Assembly (NCBI GenBank): GCA_902613995.1
Contig: CACMJG010000004.1
Coordinates: 75,563 to 139,562 of the forward strand
DNA from: an uncultured Alphaproteobacteria bacterium
Lineage (GTDB): Bacteria > Pseudomonadota > Alphaproteobacteria > Methylaequorales > Methylaequoraceae
Reading direction: 5' to 3'
DNA length: 64,000 nt
The translations under genes were made by a program, and so were the position numbers. Positions 1 through 10,764 of this stretch are shown here, piece after piece. Below the pieces are notes generated by a model, which was not told where the DNA came from, did no database searches, and saw nothing but the letters and a program-made list of their open reading frames with translations. The stretch's first letter is position 1. Every line of letters begins with the position of its first letter.

Positions 1-93
1 CTCAAGACCAATAGAAGTCAATTTTTGGCATAATGAATCTATAGATGAATCAAACTCGAGATATTCTTTTAACCATGCTAACGTGAATCTCAC
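1..93 (-). CDS. pheT: Phenylalanine-tRNA ligase beta subunit, 5' end (runs off window)
   Basis: Manual translation from GTG at 93 gives MRFTLAWLKEYLEFDSSIDSLCQKLTSIGLE, the typical PheT N-terminus; directly follows pheS. Confidence 0.92.
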   Translation of the reverse strand, partial: MRFTLAWLKEYLEFDSSIDSLCQKLTSIGLE

Positions 94-94
94 C

Positions 95-1159
95 TTACCT
101 CCAACTCAAGTCAGTTTTTTCAAAAAAACTAAATCCATAATGCTCTAACCACTTTAAATCACTATCAAAAAAATCTCGAAGATCAGGCATTCCATATTTT
201 AGCATAGCAAGCCTTTCTATCCCCATCCCAAATGCAAAACCAGTGACATCTTGTTTAACTCCTGACATTCTAAAAACTTCAGGGTGAACAAGACCACAAC
301 CTAAAATTTCCATCCACTTGTCACCCGCCCCAATAATGATTTTCCCAGACTCCTTCTTAAAATTTATATCGACCTCCGCTGATGGCTCGGTGAATGGAAA
401 ATATGAAGGTCTAAATCTGAGTTTGAGATCATTTTTTTCAAAAAAAGTTTTACAAAAAGATTCTACGAACCATTTTAAATTTGCAAATGTTATACCCTTG
501 TCTACCACTAAACCCTCAACTTGATGAAACATAGGCGTATGTGTCATATCAGAATCACATCGATATGTTCTACCGGGTGCAAAGATTTTTAATGGAAGTT
601 TATTTTTTTTTAGAGAACGAATTTGTACTGGCGAGGTATGAGTTCTTAAGACGAATTTTTCATGAGTTTTACTTTTAATGTAGAATGTATCATGCATTTG
701 TCTTGCTGGGTGATTTTCCGGAATATTCAGCGCCGAAAAATTATGAAAATCATCTTCGATATCTGGTCCCTCTTCATAGGATAAACCCATGTCACCTAAA
801 ATATTAACTATTTCGTTGGTAGTGTGACTTATTGGATGAACTTTTGCTTCAATAAAATTAACTTCACGAGCTGGCAATGATAAATCTATAAAATCATTCT
901 CTAACTTTTTATTTATTTCTAAATTTTCAATCTGGTTTTTCTTTCTAGAAAAGCTAGAAAAGAAAAGATTTTTAAAACCATTTAACTTTTCACCCACACT
1001 TTTTTTCTCTTCAATAGACAATGTTGACAAAGATTTAAGTGCATTAGTAAAAGTACCATTTTTACCAAAATATTTAATTCTTACTTTTTCAAGCTTTTCA
1101 CTTGCATTGGAATCTTCAACCTCTTTCAAGGCTGATTGAATTATTTCATCGTAATCCAT
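95..1159 (-). CDS. pheS: Phenylalanine-tRNA ligase alpha subunit
   Basis: HPARQMHDTF, LRTHTSPVQ, THTPMFHQVEG, YFPFTEPS, GFAFGMGIERLAM motifs. Confidence 0.98.
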   Translation of the reverse strand: MDYDEIIQSALKEVEDSNASEKLEKVRIKYFGKNGTFTNALKSLSTLSIEEKKSVGEKLNGFKNLFFSSFSRKKNQIENLEINKKLENDFIDLSLPAREVNFIEAKVHPISHTTNEIVNILGDMGLSYEEGPDIEDDFHNFSALNIPENHPARQMHDTFYIKSKTHEKFVLRTHTSPVQIRSLKKNKLPLKIFAPGRTYRCDSDMTHTPMFHQVEGLVVDKGITFANLKWFVESFCKTFFEKNDLKLRFRPSYFPFTEPSAEVDINFKKESGKIIIGAGDKWMEILGCGLVHPEVFRMSGVKQDVTGFAFGMGIERLAMLKYGMPDLRDFFDSDLKWLEHYGFSFFEKTDLSWR

Positions 1160-1172
1160 TTTTTGGGTTGCT

Positions 1173-1523
1173 TTAGGCAGCTTTTACTTTTGCTACTATC
1201 TCTCTAAACGATTCTGGTTCGAGGGCAGCAATGTCAGCTAAGACTTTTCTGTTAAAATTAAGATTAACTTTTTTCAATTTATTAATAAAAGTCGAGTATT
1301 TTATTCCATTTAATCTACACCCTGCGTTTATCCGCTGAATCCAAAGTCTTCTAAACTCTCTTTTTTTTACTTTTCTATCTCTATAGGCATACTGTCCTGC
1401 TTTTTCAACAGCTTGGTTGGCCACTTTAAAAGTATTTTTTCTTCTTCCAAAATAACCTTTAGCCCTTTTTAAAATTTTTTTGTGTCTTGACCTTGTTACA
1501 CTACCTGCTTTGACTCGTGACAT
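1173..1523 (-). CDS. rplT: 50S ribosomal protein L20
   Basis: [26 protein letters not shown]. Confidence 0.98.
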   Translation of the reverse strand: MSRVKAGSVTRSRHKKILKRAKGYFGRRKNTFKVANQAVEKAGQYAYRDRKVKKREFRRLWIQRINAGCRLNGIKYSTFINKLKKVNLNFNRKVLADIAALEPESFREIVAKVKAA

Positions 1524-1528
1524 TTAGA

Positions 1529-1732
1529 TTACCTTAGTTTCGCGTTAATATATTTCTTCACAATTTTTGTATCTTGTTTGGACATCACAGTTGGACCTCT
1601 TGACGACCTTTTCATGGTTTTAGTTCTTTTTGTTAGATTATGTCTTTTTCCGCTTGCAAACATCAACACTTTACCAGTTGCAGTTACTTTGAATCTTTTT
1701 TTTGTACCACTTTTTGTTTTTATTTTAGGCAT
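1529..1732 (-). CDS. rpmI: 50S ribosomal protein L35 (start moved to ATG 1732)
   Basis: [21 protein letters not shown]...KRHNL; between infC and rplT. Confidence 0.96.
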   Translation of the reverse strand: MPKIKTKSGTKKRFKVTATGKVLMFASGKRHNLTKRTKTMKRSSRGPTVMSKQDTKIVKKYINAKLR

Positions 1733-1749
1733 AATAAAATTATTTATAG

Positions 1750-1806
1750 CGTTTTTTTTTGTCAACGCAAGGTCGTTTTTTTTTGTCAAAGCAAGGTCGT
1801 TTTTTT
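1750..1806. repeat. 24-bp tandem repeat, about 2.4 copies
   Basis: cgtttttttttgtcaacgcaaggt (1750-1773), cgtttttttttgtcaaagcaaggt (1774-1797), then cgttttttt; one mismatch between full units. Confidence 0.9.
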
Positions 1807-1810
1807 ATAG

Positions 1811-2344
1811 CTATCTCGGTGCTACAACCATAATCATATGTTTGCCTTCGAGTGTTGGTACCTGCTCAATTTTTGCCAAGGGTTCTATCTGACTTTCTAA
1901 TTTTTTAAGAACATCCATGCCTCTTTGATGATATGCCATTTCCCTTCCTTTAAATCTTAACGTAATCTTGACTTTATCACCTTCATTTAAAAAACGTTGA
2001 ATAGACTTTAGTTTTACAACATAGTCATGGTCCTCAATGCCAGGTCTAAGTTTCACTTCTTTCACCTCAAAGGTTTTTTGTTTTTTTTTAGCTTCAGCCT
2101 GCTTTTTTTGTACCTGATACTTATATTTTCCGTAATCTATAATTTTACAGACAGGAGGCGACGCGTTGGGTGAAACTTCAACAAGATCCAAGCCCTGTTC
2201 AAATGCAAGTTTTACTGCATCCTGAACATCATAAACTCCTAACATTTCGCCTTTTTCTGAGATTACTCTTACAGATTTAGATTTGATTCTTTCGTTGATA
2301 GCTGGACCTTGCAGCTTTGGAGAGTGAAGTCGACCTTTATTCAT
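1811..2344 (-). CDS. infC: Translation initiation factor IF-3
   Basis: INERI, LDLVEVSPNASPPVCKIIDYGKYKY, KVKITLRFKGRE. Confidence 0.98.
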   Translation of the reverse strand: MNKGRLHSPKLQGPAINERIKSKSVRVISEKGEMLGVYDVQDAVKLAFEQGLDLVEVSPNASPPVCKIIDYGKYKYQVQKKQAEAKKKQKTFEVKEVKLRPGIEDHDYVVKLKSIQRFLNEGDKVKITLRFKGREMAYHQRGMDVLKKLESQIEPLAKIEQVPTLEGKHMIMVVAPR

Positions 2345-2419
2345 ATTTTACTAATTGCATATTTTCAAAAAATTCCTTTCATCCTGCAATTTACATTATT
2401 TCTTCAAAATATTCACACT

Positions 2420-4333
2420 TTAAGCAATTCTGCAAGAAATTTTTATTTTTTTTATAAAGTCTTCAACACTCAGCACACCCTGATTTTTAGTTCCCAAAGT
2501 TCTTAGAACGACTTGCTTATTCTTAACTTCCTTGTCACCGATAATACCAATAAAATTTATTTTTTGGTTTGAAAGCTCTCTTATTTTATAATTCAATTTC
2601 TCGTTTCTAATGTCTGTAATACACTTTATATTTATTTTTTTTAAGTCATTTGCTAATTTTTCTGCATAATTTATACAATTTGAATTAATTGTTGCTAGGG
2701 CAACTTGAATTGGACTTAACCATGCTGGAAGTCTGCCTGCGTAATTTTCAATCAAAATACCAATAAACCTCTCAAATGAACCAAGTATTGCTCTGTGTAA
2801 CATCACAGGCCTATATTTTTTTCCATCTTCACCAATGTAAGAGGCATCCAATCTTTCTGGTAAGACAAAATCAACCTGAAGAGTTCCACACTGCCAATCT
2901 CTTCCAATTGCATCTCTCAAAACAAACTCGAGTTTTGGACCATAAAAAGCCCCTTCCCCTGGATTGAGTTCATAGCTATACCCTGCCATTTCAACTGCAT
3001 TTGTCAAGGATTTCTCAGCTCTATCCCAAACTTTATCGCTGCCCGCTCTATTAAACGGACGATCAGAAAACTTTATGACTACATCTTTAAAACCGAAATC
3101 TTCGTACACTTCCATCAATAGCTTGCAAAATTCTGACGTCTCCGAAATTATTTGTTCCTCAGTACAGAAAATATGAGCATCATCTTGAACAAATGATCTT
3201 AATCTCATTAAACCATGCAATGCACCTGACGGTTCGTTTCTATGACAACAACCAAATTCAGACATTCTTAGAGGTAGCTGCTTATAACTTTTTATACCTT
3301 GTCTGAATATTTGAACATGACAAGGACAGTTCATTGGCTTGATTGCTAAAGTCTTATCTTCAGATTCAGAGGTAAACATTTGTTCTCTAAATTTGTCCCA
3401 ATGACCTGAGTCTTTCCATAAAGAACTTTCAACTAGCTGGGGAGTATTCACTTCTTTATATCCTGCTTTTTCAAGTTTCTTTCTAATATAAATCATTATA
3501 TTTTGGTAAATTGTCCAACCTTTAGGATGCCAAAAAACTGACCCAGCTGCTTGCTCTTGAAAATGAAAGAAGCCTAGTTCTTTTCCAAGTTTTCTGTGGT
3601 CTCTTTTTTCAGCTTCTTCTATTTGACTTAAATAATTTGCGAGATCTTTTTCATTTGTCCATGCAGTACCATAAATTCTTTGAAGCATTTCGTTTTTTGA
3701 GTCTCCTTTCCAGTAAGCACCAGAAAGTTTTGTCAGTTTAAATGGGCCAATAAACTTTAAACTTGGAAGATGTGGTCCTTTGCACAAATCAAAAAAATTC
3801 GAACCTTTCTGTTCATAAATTTGGAAATCTTTTTCTTGCTCTGACTCATCAATAATTTTTACCTTGTAAATTTCTTGTTTCGAGTCAAAAAGCTCTTTTA
3901 CTTGCTTTTTGTCTTTATAAGATTTTTCAATTTGACTTCCTTTTTTTATGATATTATTCATTTCTTTTTCAATTTTAGGAAAATCGTCAATTGAAATTGG
4001 CTTTTCAAATAAAACATCGTAATAAAACCCATTTTCAATTGTTGGACCAATTGCTAATTTAGCTTTTGGGTATATTGTTTTAATTGCTTTAGCAAGAACT
4101 TGTGCAGCTATCGTATGTCTCATAATCTCAAGACCTTCATCAGACTCTTTAGTAATTATATTTATTTCAGCATCCTCAGTTATTATATCGCATAAATCTT
4201 TTTGTTTTCCATTAACAGAAATTGCTACTGCTTTCTTTAGTAAAGATTTGGAAATGCTCTCTGCTATAACATATCCATTGATTTCTTTTTCAAAATTCTG
4301 GGTTCTTCCATCCGGAAATAAAATTTTTGGCAT
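2420..4333 (-). CDS. thrS: Threonine-tRNA ligase
   Basis: [47 protein letters not shown]. Confidence 0.98.
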   Translation of the reverse strand: MPKILFPDGRTQNFEKEINGYVIAESISKSLLKKAVAISVNGKQKDLCDIITEDAEINIITKESDEGLEIMRHTIAAQVLAKAIKTIYPKAKLAIGPTIENGFYYDVLFEKPISIDDFPKIEKEMNNIIKKGSQIEKSYKDKKQVKELFDSKQEIYKVKIIDESEQEKDFQIYEQKGSNFFDLCKGPHLPSLKFIGPFKLTKLSGAYWKGDSKNEMLQRIYGTAWTNEKDLANYLSQIEEAEKRDHRKLGKELGFFHFQEQAAGSVFWHPKGWTIYQNIMIYIRKKLEKAGYKEVNTPQLVESSLWKDSGHWDKFREQMFTSESEDKTLAIKPMNCPCHVQIFRQGIKSYKQLPLRMSEFGCCHRNEPSGALHGLMRLRSFVQDDAHIFCTEEQIISETSEFCKLLMEVYEDFGFKDVVIKFSDRPFNRAGSDKVWDRAEKSLTNAVEMAGYSYELNPGEGAFYGPKLEFVLRDAIGRDWQCGTLQVDFVLPERLDASYIGEDGKKYRPVMLHRAILGSFERFIGILIENYAGRLPAWLSPIQVALATINSNCINYAEKLANDLKKINIKCITDIRNEKLNYKIRELSNQKINFIGIIGDKEVKNKQVVLRTLGTKNQGVLSVEDFIKKIKISCRIA

Positions 4334-4368
4334 ATACTTTTCTTATTTTGTTTAATGTTAACTTTTGA

Positions 4369-5307
4369 TCATAAACGTAAATTACTTTTTATATTGAAAA
4401 TAATTTTTTTATAAAATTTATCATCATCATTTAAATAAATAAAGGTTGAGACATTTTTTCCAACTGGTTTGCAAAGTTGTGGATCGGAAAATTGTGTGAA
4501 CAATACCATAGTTTTTTTACCCCCCCTTGATATTAAGTGCATTGGGCCTGTGTCATTTCCAATAGATAATGATGATTTTAAAGATAATTTGCCAATATCA
4601 AAAAAATCAGTTTTGTTGCAACAATTTATTACATCGGGATAAATAGATTCAATAAAGTTACAGACTTTAAAATCGTCTGCAGACCCAAGTATCAAAACTT
4701 TAAAACCAGATTTTAATAAAAAGTCTGTGATTTTCAAAAAGATTTCTTTTGGTATTCTTTTATTTAATCTTTTTTTTGAGCCACCAGGAACAATAATTAC
4801 AAATTTAGTCTTTGGAACTCTAAATTTTGATTTGAATAACCATTCGGTATCAATTTTTGATTGATAGTTTACTTCACTCATCTCAATCTGAGATTTTTGT
4901 CTTTCTAAAGTATGCATTTTATTTCTGTTCTTGTCCAAATGAGGAATTTTTGCATATTTTCCAATACCGTTTGTGATAGCATTTGTTTTATAAAAAATCT
5001 TCAAATATGATGATGATCTTTTTGAGGTTTGAAGGTCATACACAAAATCAAACTCATTAGGATCAATTACATTTTTTATTTTTAAAGAATCTAAGAAATA
5101 AAAAAAACTTCTTTTAATTGTAAAAATTTTTTCAAACCAATTCGAACTTAGAAGCAACTTGTTGTAAGGTTCTTCTGTTAAAAGAATCAGTTTACTTCTA
5201 TTATGATGATTAAATATTGAATAGATTGCGTTTAACGAAAGGATAACATCGCCAAGTCCACCAAACTTAATGATTAAAATTTTTTTTTGTAGAGAGCAAA
5301 TCTTCAT
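4369..5307 (-). CDS. Glycosyltransferase family 9 (heptosyltransferase-like)
   Basis: KILIIKFGGLGDVIL N-terminus, YDLQTS, IGNDTGPMHL. Confidence 0.9.
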   Translation of the reverse strand: MKICSLQKKILIIKFGGLGDVILSLNAIYSIFNHHNRSKLILLTEEPYNKLLLSSNWFEKIFTIKRSFFYFLDSLKIKNVIDPNEFDFVYDLQTSKRSSSYLKIFYKTNAITNGIGKYAKIPHLDKNRNKMHTLERQKSQIEMSEVNYQSKIDTEWLFKSKFRVPKTKFVIIVPGGSKKRLNKRIPKEIFLKITDFLLKSGFKVLILGSADDFKVCNFIESIYPDVINCCNKTDFFDIGKLSLKSSLSIGNDTGPMHLISRGGKKTMVLFTQFSDPQLCKPVGKNVSTFIYLNDDDKFYKKIIFNIKSNLRL

Positions 5308-6433
5308 AAACTGCTAAAGTTTTTTTTAACATATCATTCAATCTAAATTTTTCTTTAACTCTTCTTCTTGCAGAAACTCCAATCGAATCTTTTTTTTCTT
5401 GCGAAAGATTAAGAACGTCCAAAATTTTCTCAGCAAGTTGTTCTGGGTTTGATGGTTCCACCAACCAACCAGTTATATTATTTTCAATAATTTCTCGGGA
5501 CCCTCCGTGATTTGATGAAATGATAGGTTTAGTCATAGAAGATGCTTCAGCACTTATCCTTCCGAAGGCCTCTGGTTCTGTAGAAGTAGATAATACTATG
5601 TCTGCAATTGAATAAACGGCAGGCATATCACCTAAATTTCCACAAAAAATAATTTTGTTTTCTAAATCATTTTTTTTTATTTTTTTTTTCAAAATTTTTG
5701 AAAATTTCTTTTTGCCATCTTCACTTCCTACAAATAAAATTACAAAGTTTAACTCTGGTTCTCTCTGTTTTATAAGTTTAGCAGCATCCAAAGCAACTAA
5801 GTGACCTTTCCAAGAAGTAATTCTTGCAGGAAGTAAAATTACATGAACATTTTCTGATAAAGTAAGTTTTGATAATAAATTCTCTTTTCTTAGTTGAGTC
5901 ACAGCATTTAAGTCAAAATATTGTGTATCGATACCCCTATTGATTTGAATAAGTTTCGATTTAGTCGATGGAAAGTTGAACCTAACATGATCATCTATAA
6001 ATTTTGATATGGTTATTACCTTATCTCCTTCTGTCATGACACTATTATATTTTTTTTTTGGATAAAAATTAGTTCCGGAATATGTTCCATGATATGTTGT
6101 AACAAGAGGAATTCTATGTTGCTTAACAATGTTATTGAAACAGAATGCAGGCCAACGGCTTCTTATATGGACAATATCAGGTTTAATTTCGGTTAATATT
6201 TTTCTTATTTTTTTTTTTAATATGAAGTAACTAAATACTCCTTTTTTTTTAATATTAAGTTCGTGATGTTCTACTCCTCTATATTTATACTTTTCAGCCA
6301 TCTCACCACCAGAAGATAGCAAAGACGATTGAAATCCAACTTTTATTAATTCTTTTGCAATGTCAAGTGTTCCCCTTTCAACTCCTCCATTTATTTGGTC
6401 AAGAGAGGGTATTATTTGCAGAATTTTAGCCAT
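5267..6433 (-). CDS. Glycosyltransferase family 4
   Basis: GGVERGT, ILLPARITSWKGH, EPEAFGRISAEA. Confidence 0.92.
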   Translation of the reverse strand: MAKILQIIPSLDQINGGVERGTLDIAKELIKVGFQSSLLSSGGEMAEKYKYRGVEHHELNIKKKGVFSYFILKKKIRKILTEIKPDIVHIRSRWPAFCFNNIVKQHRIPLVTTYHGTYSGTNFYPKKKYNSVMTEGDKVITISKFIDDHVRFNFPSTKSKLIQINRGIDTQYFDLNAVTQLRKENLLSKLTLSENVHVILLPARITSWKGHLVALDAAKLIKQREPELNFVILFVGSEDGKKKFSKILKKKIKKNDLENKIIFCGNLGDMPAVYSIADIVLSTSTEPEAFGRISAEASSMTKPIISSNHGGSREIIENNITGWLVEPSNPEQLAEKILDVLNLSQEKKDSIGVSARRRVKEKFRLNDMLKKTLAVYEDLLSTKKNFNH

Positions 6434-7292
6434 TTATGATATTTAAAATTTCTTTTAAACCTAATTTATAGTTTTCAAATTTAGGTGTCCAACCTAATAT
6501 TTTTTTTATTTTCTTATTAGAAACTCTTTTGTTGTCTCTATAAAAATCTTTTGTAATTTTATTAATTTTAGGCGAATTAATGTCTATGAAAGTCAAGTTT
6601 TTTATTTTTAGTAATTTTGCAGCATAAATTGTTACTTCCTCTGACGAGCAAGGATTATTATCTGTAACATTAAAAATTTCTCCTGGTGTCGGATTTTTCA
6701 TACTTTTAATTATTGCAGAGGAAATATCTTCTACATAAATTCTTGAGAAAAATTGATTGGGTTTTTTTATTACGAGATTTTTGCCATCTATTAGTTTTTC
6801 AATTATAGATCTACCAGGTCCATATATTCCTGGTAATCTAAAAATATGGATTGGAATATTTCTTTTTCTTAATAATTCAAAGTACGAATTTTCTACGTTT
6901 TTTCTTATTATTCCTCTCATAGTTTTTGGGTTCACTTTTGTGTATTCATCCACCCATTTGCCAAGATGATCTCCATATACACTTGTTGAAGACAAATATC
7001 CCAACCACTTTAATTTTTTAAAATTTGTATTTTCTGTTTTTTTAAATAAATCAAATACAATGTCTCTTTCTTTAATAGGTGGAATAGAATTCAATAAATG
7101 AGTCACTCCAGAAAAAAAAGAATTATGATTTTTACAGAATTCTGAAAAAGTCATTCTTTTTATTTTTAATTTTTTATCAAAAGATTGAGAAGTTAATTCT
7201 AAATTATGTGTGCAAATAATTTCATCAAAGCCTTCCAAACGCTTTAGAATGAACTTTGAACAAAAACCTGCCCCAAAAAAAATTAATTTCAT
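6426..7292 (-). CDS. NAD-dependent epimerase/dehydratase (atypical SDR)
   Basis: FFGAGF, YLSSTSVYGD, FRLPGIYGPGRS. Confidence 0.88.
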   Translation of the reverse strand: MKLIFFGAGFCSKFILKRLEGFDEIICTHNLELTSQSFDKKLKIKRMTFSEFCKNHNSFFSGVTHLLNSIPPIKERDIVFDLFKKTENTNFKKLKWLGYLSSTSVYGDHLGKWVDEYTKVNPKTMRGIIRKNVENSYFELLRKRNIPIHIFRLPGIYGPGRSIIEKLIDGKNLVIKKPNQFFSRIYVEDISSAIIKSMKNPTPGEIFNVTDNNPCSSEEVTIYAAKLLKIKNLTFIDINSPKINKITKDFYRDNKRVSNKKIKKILGWTPKFENYKLGLKEILNIING

Positions 7293-7293
7293 T

Positions 7294-8187
7294 TTATATT
7301 GTTAGAATCTGACTCTTGATCCAGTCGAAAGTAGGATGATTTGTAAGTTCTTTATGCCAAACCATTTTTGTCTTTCTTTTTTCAAGATCAATAGGGAGTT
7401 CAGTAATAATGAAATCGTAATTTTTGGCCATTCTTTGAGCTGTTTTAGATGGGAGCGTTAAAATCAAATCTGTCTTCTTAATTATAACAGGTGCAAGTGT
7501 TATAAGATCTATTCTTACAGCTATCTCTCTTTCAAAATTTAGTTGACTCAATTCTCTATCTATGGGGTGAGTTGGGGCATCCATTGGAGCAACTCTGAGA
7601 TGCTTTGAAGAAAGATACTGATCTATGGATAACTTTTTCTCAAGTGCCAAGGGATGAGACTTCCTTAAAATACAAACGTATTGTTCCGTAAATAGATCTG
7701 AATAACCAAATCTATTACTTATCGTTTCAAAACGACCTACTGCAAAATCAATTTCATTATTGTCTAGAAGTTTAAGAGCCTCGTTTCCTTGTTCTGATCT
7801 AATACACAAAGATGAAGAAGGAGAGTTTTTTTCAATAAAATTTACCAAATTTGGAAGTATGATTGGAGCAACGTCATCAGACATGGAAATTCTAAAAAGT
7901 TTTTTAGTTGTCTTTGGATTAAAGTTTATTGATGATAAGGAAATCTCTAAGTTATTTAATGCACTTTGTATTGGAAGAGAAAGGTCATTAGCTCTCGGAG
8001 TGGGTCTCATTCCTCTTGGCCCTCTTATAAAAAGATCATCTTTCACAAGATATCTTAACCTATTTAATGCATTACTCATAGCGGGCTGAGTTATTCCCAT
8101 TTTTTTACTAGCTCTGGTAACGTTTCTCTCTTCAAAAAGTGTTTTAAAAACTAAAAGTAAGTTAAGGTCAAAATTTTTTATATTCAT
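7294..8187 (-). CDS. LysR-family transcriptional regulator
   Basis: FDLNLL...NVTRAS...ITQPAMSNALNRLR HTH followed by substrate-binding domain. Confidence 0.95.
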   Translation of the reverse strand: MNIKNFDLNLLLVFKTLFEERNVTRASKKMGITQPAMSNALNRLRYLVKDDLFIRGPRGMRPTPRANDLSLPIQSALNNLEISLSSINFNPKTTKKLFRISMSDDVAPIILPNLVNFIEKNSPSSSLCIRSEQGNEALKLLDNNEIDFAVGRFETISNRFGYSDLFTEQYVCILRKSHPLALEKKLSIDQYLSSKHLRVAPMDAPTHPIDRELSQLNFEREIAVRIDLITLAPVIIKKTDLILTLPSKTAQRMAKNYDFIITELPIDLEKRKTKMVWHKELTNHPTFDWIKSQILTI

Positions 8188-8276
8188 AATGTGAATTTTT
8201 ATCTATTAGTATATTTTTATAATAAATCATTTTAATTTTATATTATAGTATTATTATTAAATTTTAGGTGTAAATT

Positions 8277-9086
8277 TTGCTTGCTCTTGTCTTATTTTGT
8301 CTGATTCAGGGATTCACAGAGTTTCTTCCGATTAGTTCTCAAGGACATTTGATAATTTTTAATTCAATTTATCCTATCGATAATTATGCAGGTATTACTA
8401 TTCACGAAGCCACAATAATTGCACATTTTGGTTCACTTTTAGCCATCATAGCTTTCTATCGAAAAGCTCTCCTAAATTTTTTGTTTTCAATTAAAATGAT
8501 TGATAGACCGGATATTGACAAAAACTCTTTTATTCTAATAAATCTTGTCATCTCAACAATTCCAATAATGGTGGCTGGGTATGTAATTTATAAAATATTG
8601 GATTATAACTGGGATGGACTTTTACTTATAATTGCAATAACAAGTATTTTTTTTGGAATAATTTTGTTTTTAGCAGACAAATTTTCTTTGAGAATTAAAA
8701 ATCAAAATTCACTTAATTATTTGATGTCATTTCTTATTGGCGTCTTTCAGTGTCTAGCGCTTATACCAGGAGTAAGTAGATCTGGAGCAATTTTAACCGT
8801 AATGAGATTCTTTGGGTTCCAAAGGCAATTTTCAGTAGAATACTCAAATCTTTTAAGTATTCCTGTAATAACAGGGGCAATGATCCTTATGATTGTTAAC
8901 TACTCGGTTGATAGTTCTGTTAGTTCATTGATAAATTTTAACACTTCAATAATTTTTTTTCTAAGTTTTTTCTTTTCAATAATATTTGTATATTTTTTAG
9001 TAATGTGGGTAAAAAAATTCTCTCTATTTATTTTTGTTGTATATAGAGTAAGTTTTGGTTTGTGGATCTTACTGACCTTGATTTGA
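8277..9086 (+). CDS. uppP: Undecaprenyl-diphosphate phosphatase
   Basis: IQGFTEFLPISSQGH, ALIPGVSRSG; hydrophobic. Confidence 0.95.
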   Translation: MLALVLFCLIQGFTEFLPISSQGHLIIFNSIYPIDNYAGITIHEATIIAHFGSLLAIIAFYRKALLNFLFSIKMIDRPDIDKNSFILINLVISTIPIMVAGYVIYKILDYNWDGLLLIIAITSIFFGIILFLADKFSLRIKNQNSLNYLMSFLIGVFQCLALIPGVSRSGAILTVMRFFGFQRQFSVEYSNLLSIPVITGAMILMIVNYSVDSSVSSLINFNTSIIFFLSFFFSIIFVYFLVMWVKKFSLFIFVVYRVSFGLWILLTLI

Positions 9087-9090
9087 ATTT

Positions 9091-10044
9091 TTACAAATAA
9101 GTTTCTGCTATTGTCTTCAATGAAGAGGGGTTCTTAACAAATTGCTTTAAATTTTCAAATCCTTTTGACGAAACATTATCATACTCTAATAATCTAACTT
9201 GATCGCGCGTAAGTAAAGGTTTTGGCATTGTTTCCATAAAAAAAGCCAAAATCCTCGCCAAAAAAAAAGGAAGAGGCAAATAAATTCTTTTTCTTTTTTT
9301 ACAATTAAGAATTATATCAAAAATTTCGTCAAAAGATTGGACTGATGGACCTGAAAGGTCAAAAATTTTTTTCTTCAACAGGCAAGTATTAATCATAAAG
9401 GAAACGAGATCTCCAACATAAATAGGTTGAAATCTTACTTTTTTTGTAAAGTTCAATATGGGAATTAAACCTTTTTTTTTTATTTCGGGTGTACCAATAA
9501 TTGGCAAGAAAGGACTAAATTTAGACATGCTTAAAAAGAAATTTGTGAAACTGTCTCTCTTTCCAAAAACCACGCTTGGTCTAAGTATAATACAATTTGG
9601 AAATTTTTCTCTAACAGCCTCCTCACCTAAAAGTTTTGAATTCGAATACAAAGATGAGATTGATTTTTCAATATTCAAAGCAGAAAGATGAATGAAATTT
9701 CTTACACCATTTCTTTTAGCAGCACTAGCTATCTTTCTAGGAATATTGACATGTACTTCAGAAAAAGTTTTTTTCTTTTTTTCATAAAGAATCCCAATTA
9801 AATTAAAAACTATATCAGCATTTTTGACTAAATAATCCAGTTGATTCTCAGAAAATTTATCTATTTTTTTTACACTTACTTGCCCAGGTTCACTGCCTAA
9901 AAAAAAATCAAGTTTTTTATTGTCACTTCTAGTTACAATATCAACTTGACATGAATTCTTACATAAAAGATTTACCAAATGAGAGCCAATGAATCCCCTC
10001 CCGCCAAAGACAACTACTTTTTTTCCACTTATTTTTTCATTCAT
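9091..10044 (-). CDS. Complex I NDUFA9-like NAD(P)-binding protein
   Basis: VFGGRGFIG, NLIGILYE, ILRPSVVFG, FQPIYVGD, LLTRDQVRLL. Confidence 0.88.
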   Translation of the reverse strand: MNEKISGKKVVVFGGRGFIGSHLVNLLCKNSCQVDIVTRSDNKKLDFFLGSEPGQVSVKKIDKFSENQLDYLVKNADIVFNLIGILYEKKKKTFSEVHVNIPRKIASAAKRNGVRNFIHLSALNIEKSISSLYSNSKLLGEEAVREKFPNCIILRPSVVFGKRDSFTNFFLSMSKFSPFLPIIGTPEIKKKGLIPILNFTKKVRFQPIYVGDLVSFMINTCLLKKKIFDLSGPSVQSFDEIFDIILNCKKRKRIYLPLPFFLARILAFFMETMPKPLLTRDQVRLLEYDNVSSKGFENLKQFVKNPSSLKTIAETYL

Positions 10045-10107
10045 ATTTTTTTTTACTATTTATCTTATAACTTTGGTATTAATATCATAATTAAAAAAAA
10101 TCAAAAA

Positions 10108-10755
10108 ATGAAAACTTTTAAATTCGGCGAATCAAAAATTTTCTTGCACCAGGACGACCTTCCAGCAAAAATTAAAACTCCAAAGATTGTCGCAATTGAC
10201 ACCGAAACAACAGGCTTAAGTTTAATAAGAGACAGACTTTGCCTTATACAATTTGCTTTCTCCAAAGAAGAATGTCATTTGGTCCAATTTAGTAAAAAAA
10301 AATCAAGATTTAGTAATAAAAACTTAACAGTGCTTAAAATATTGAATGACCATAAGATTCAAAAAATATTTCACTATGCAAGGTTTGACGTTGCAATTTT
10401 AAGAAGAACCTTTGAAGCTAACATTGAAAATATATTCTGCACAAAATTAGCATCAAAACTTGTTAGAACTTACACAGACAAACATGGACTAAAAGAATTA
10501 TGTAAAGAACTTTTGGCTGTAGATTTAAATAAATCACAGCAATCATCAGACTGGTCCTCAGAAAAATTATCTGAAAATCAAATAAGATATGCTTCTCATG
10601 ATGTAATTCATTTATTTGAATTAAAAAAAAGACTTGAAAAAATGCTGGAAAGAGAAAAAAGGCTAGATATTGCAAAATCATTATTTTCTTTTCTGCCAAC
10701 AAGAATAAAACTTGATCTATTAGATTTCACTGATACGGACATTTTTTCACACTGA
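10108..10755 (+). CDS. rnd: Ribonuclease D-like 3'-5' exonuclease (start moved to ATG 10108)
   Basis: AIDTETTGL, FHYARFD, RTYTDKHGLK, QQSSDW, YASHDV, DIFSH (short alphaproteobacterial RNase D). Confidence 0.88.
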   Translation: MKTFKFGESKIFLHQDDLPAKIKTPKIVAIDTETTGLSLIRDRLCLIQFAFSKEECHLVQFSKKKSRFSNKNLTVLKILNDHKIQKIFHYARFDVAILRRTFEANIENIFCTKLASKLVRTYTDKHGLKELCKELLAVDLNKSQQSSDWSSEKLSENQIRYASHDVIHLFELKKRLEKMLEREKRLDIAKSLFSFLPTRIKLDLLDFTDTDIFSH

Positions 10756-10764
10756 AAGAAAGAA

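Noticed and set aside
1750-1806. Repeat considered as a CRISPR remnant
   Set aside because: Units are directly adjacent with no spacers, and no cas genes are in the window
5267-5307. GT4/GT9 41-nt overlap containing an A9 run (possible fusion by slippage)
   Set aside because: GT9 has its own ATG and a normal N-terminus; the shift needed is +1 and no recoding signal is visible
9979-10107. N-terminal extension of the RNase D ORF overlapping the NDUFA9-like gene
   Set aside because: Low-complexity read-through of the divergent promoter region; ATG 10108 fits the family length
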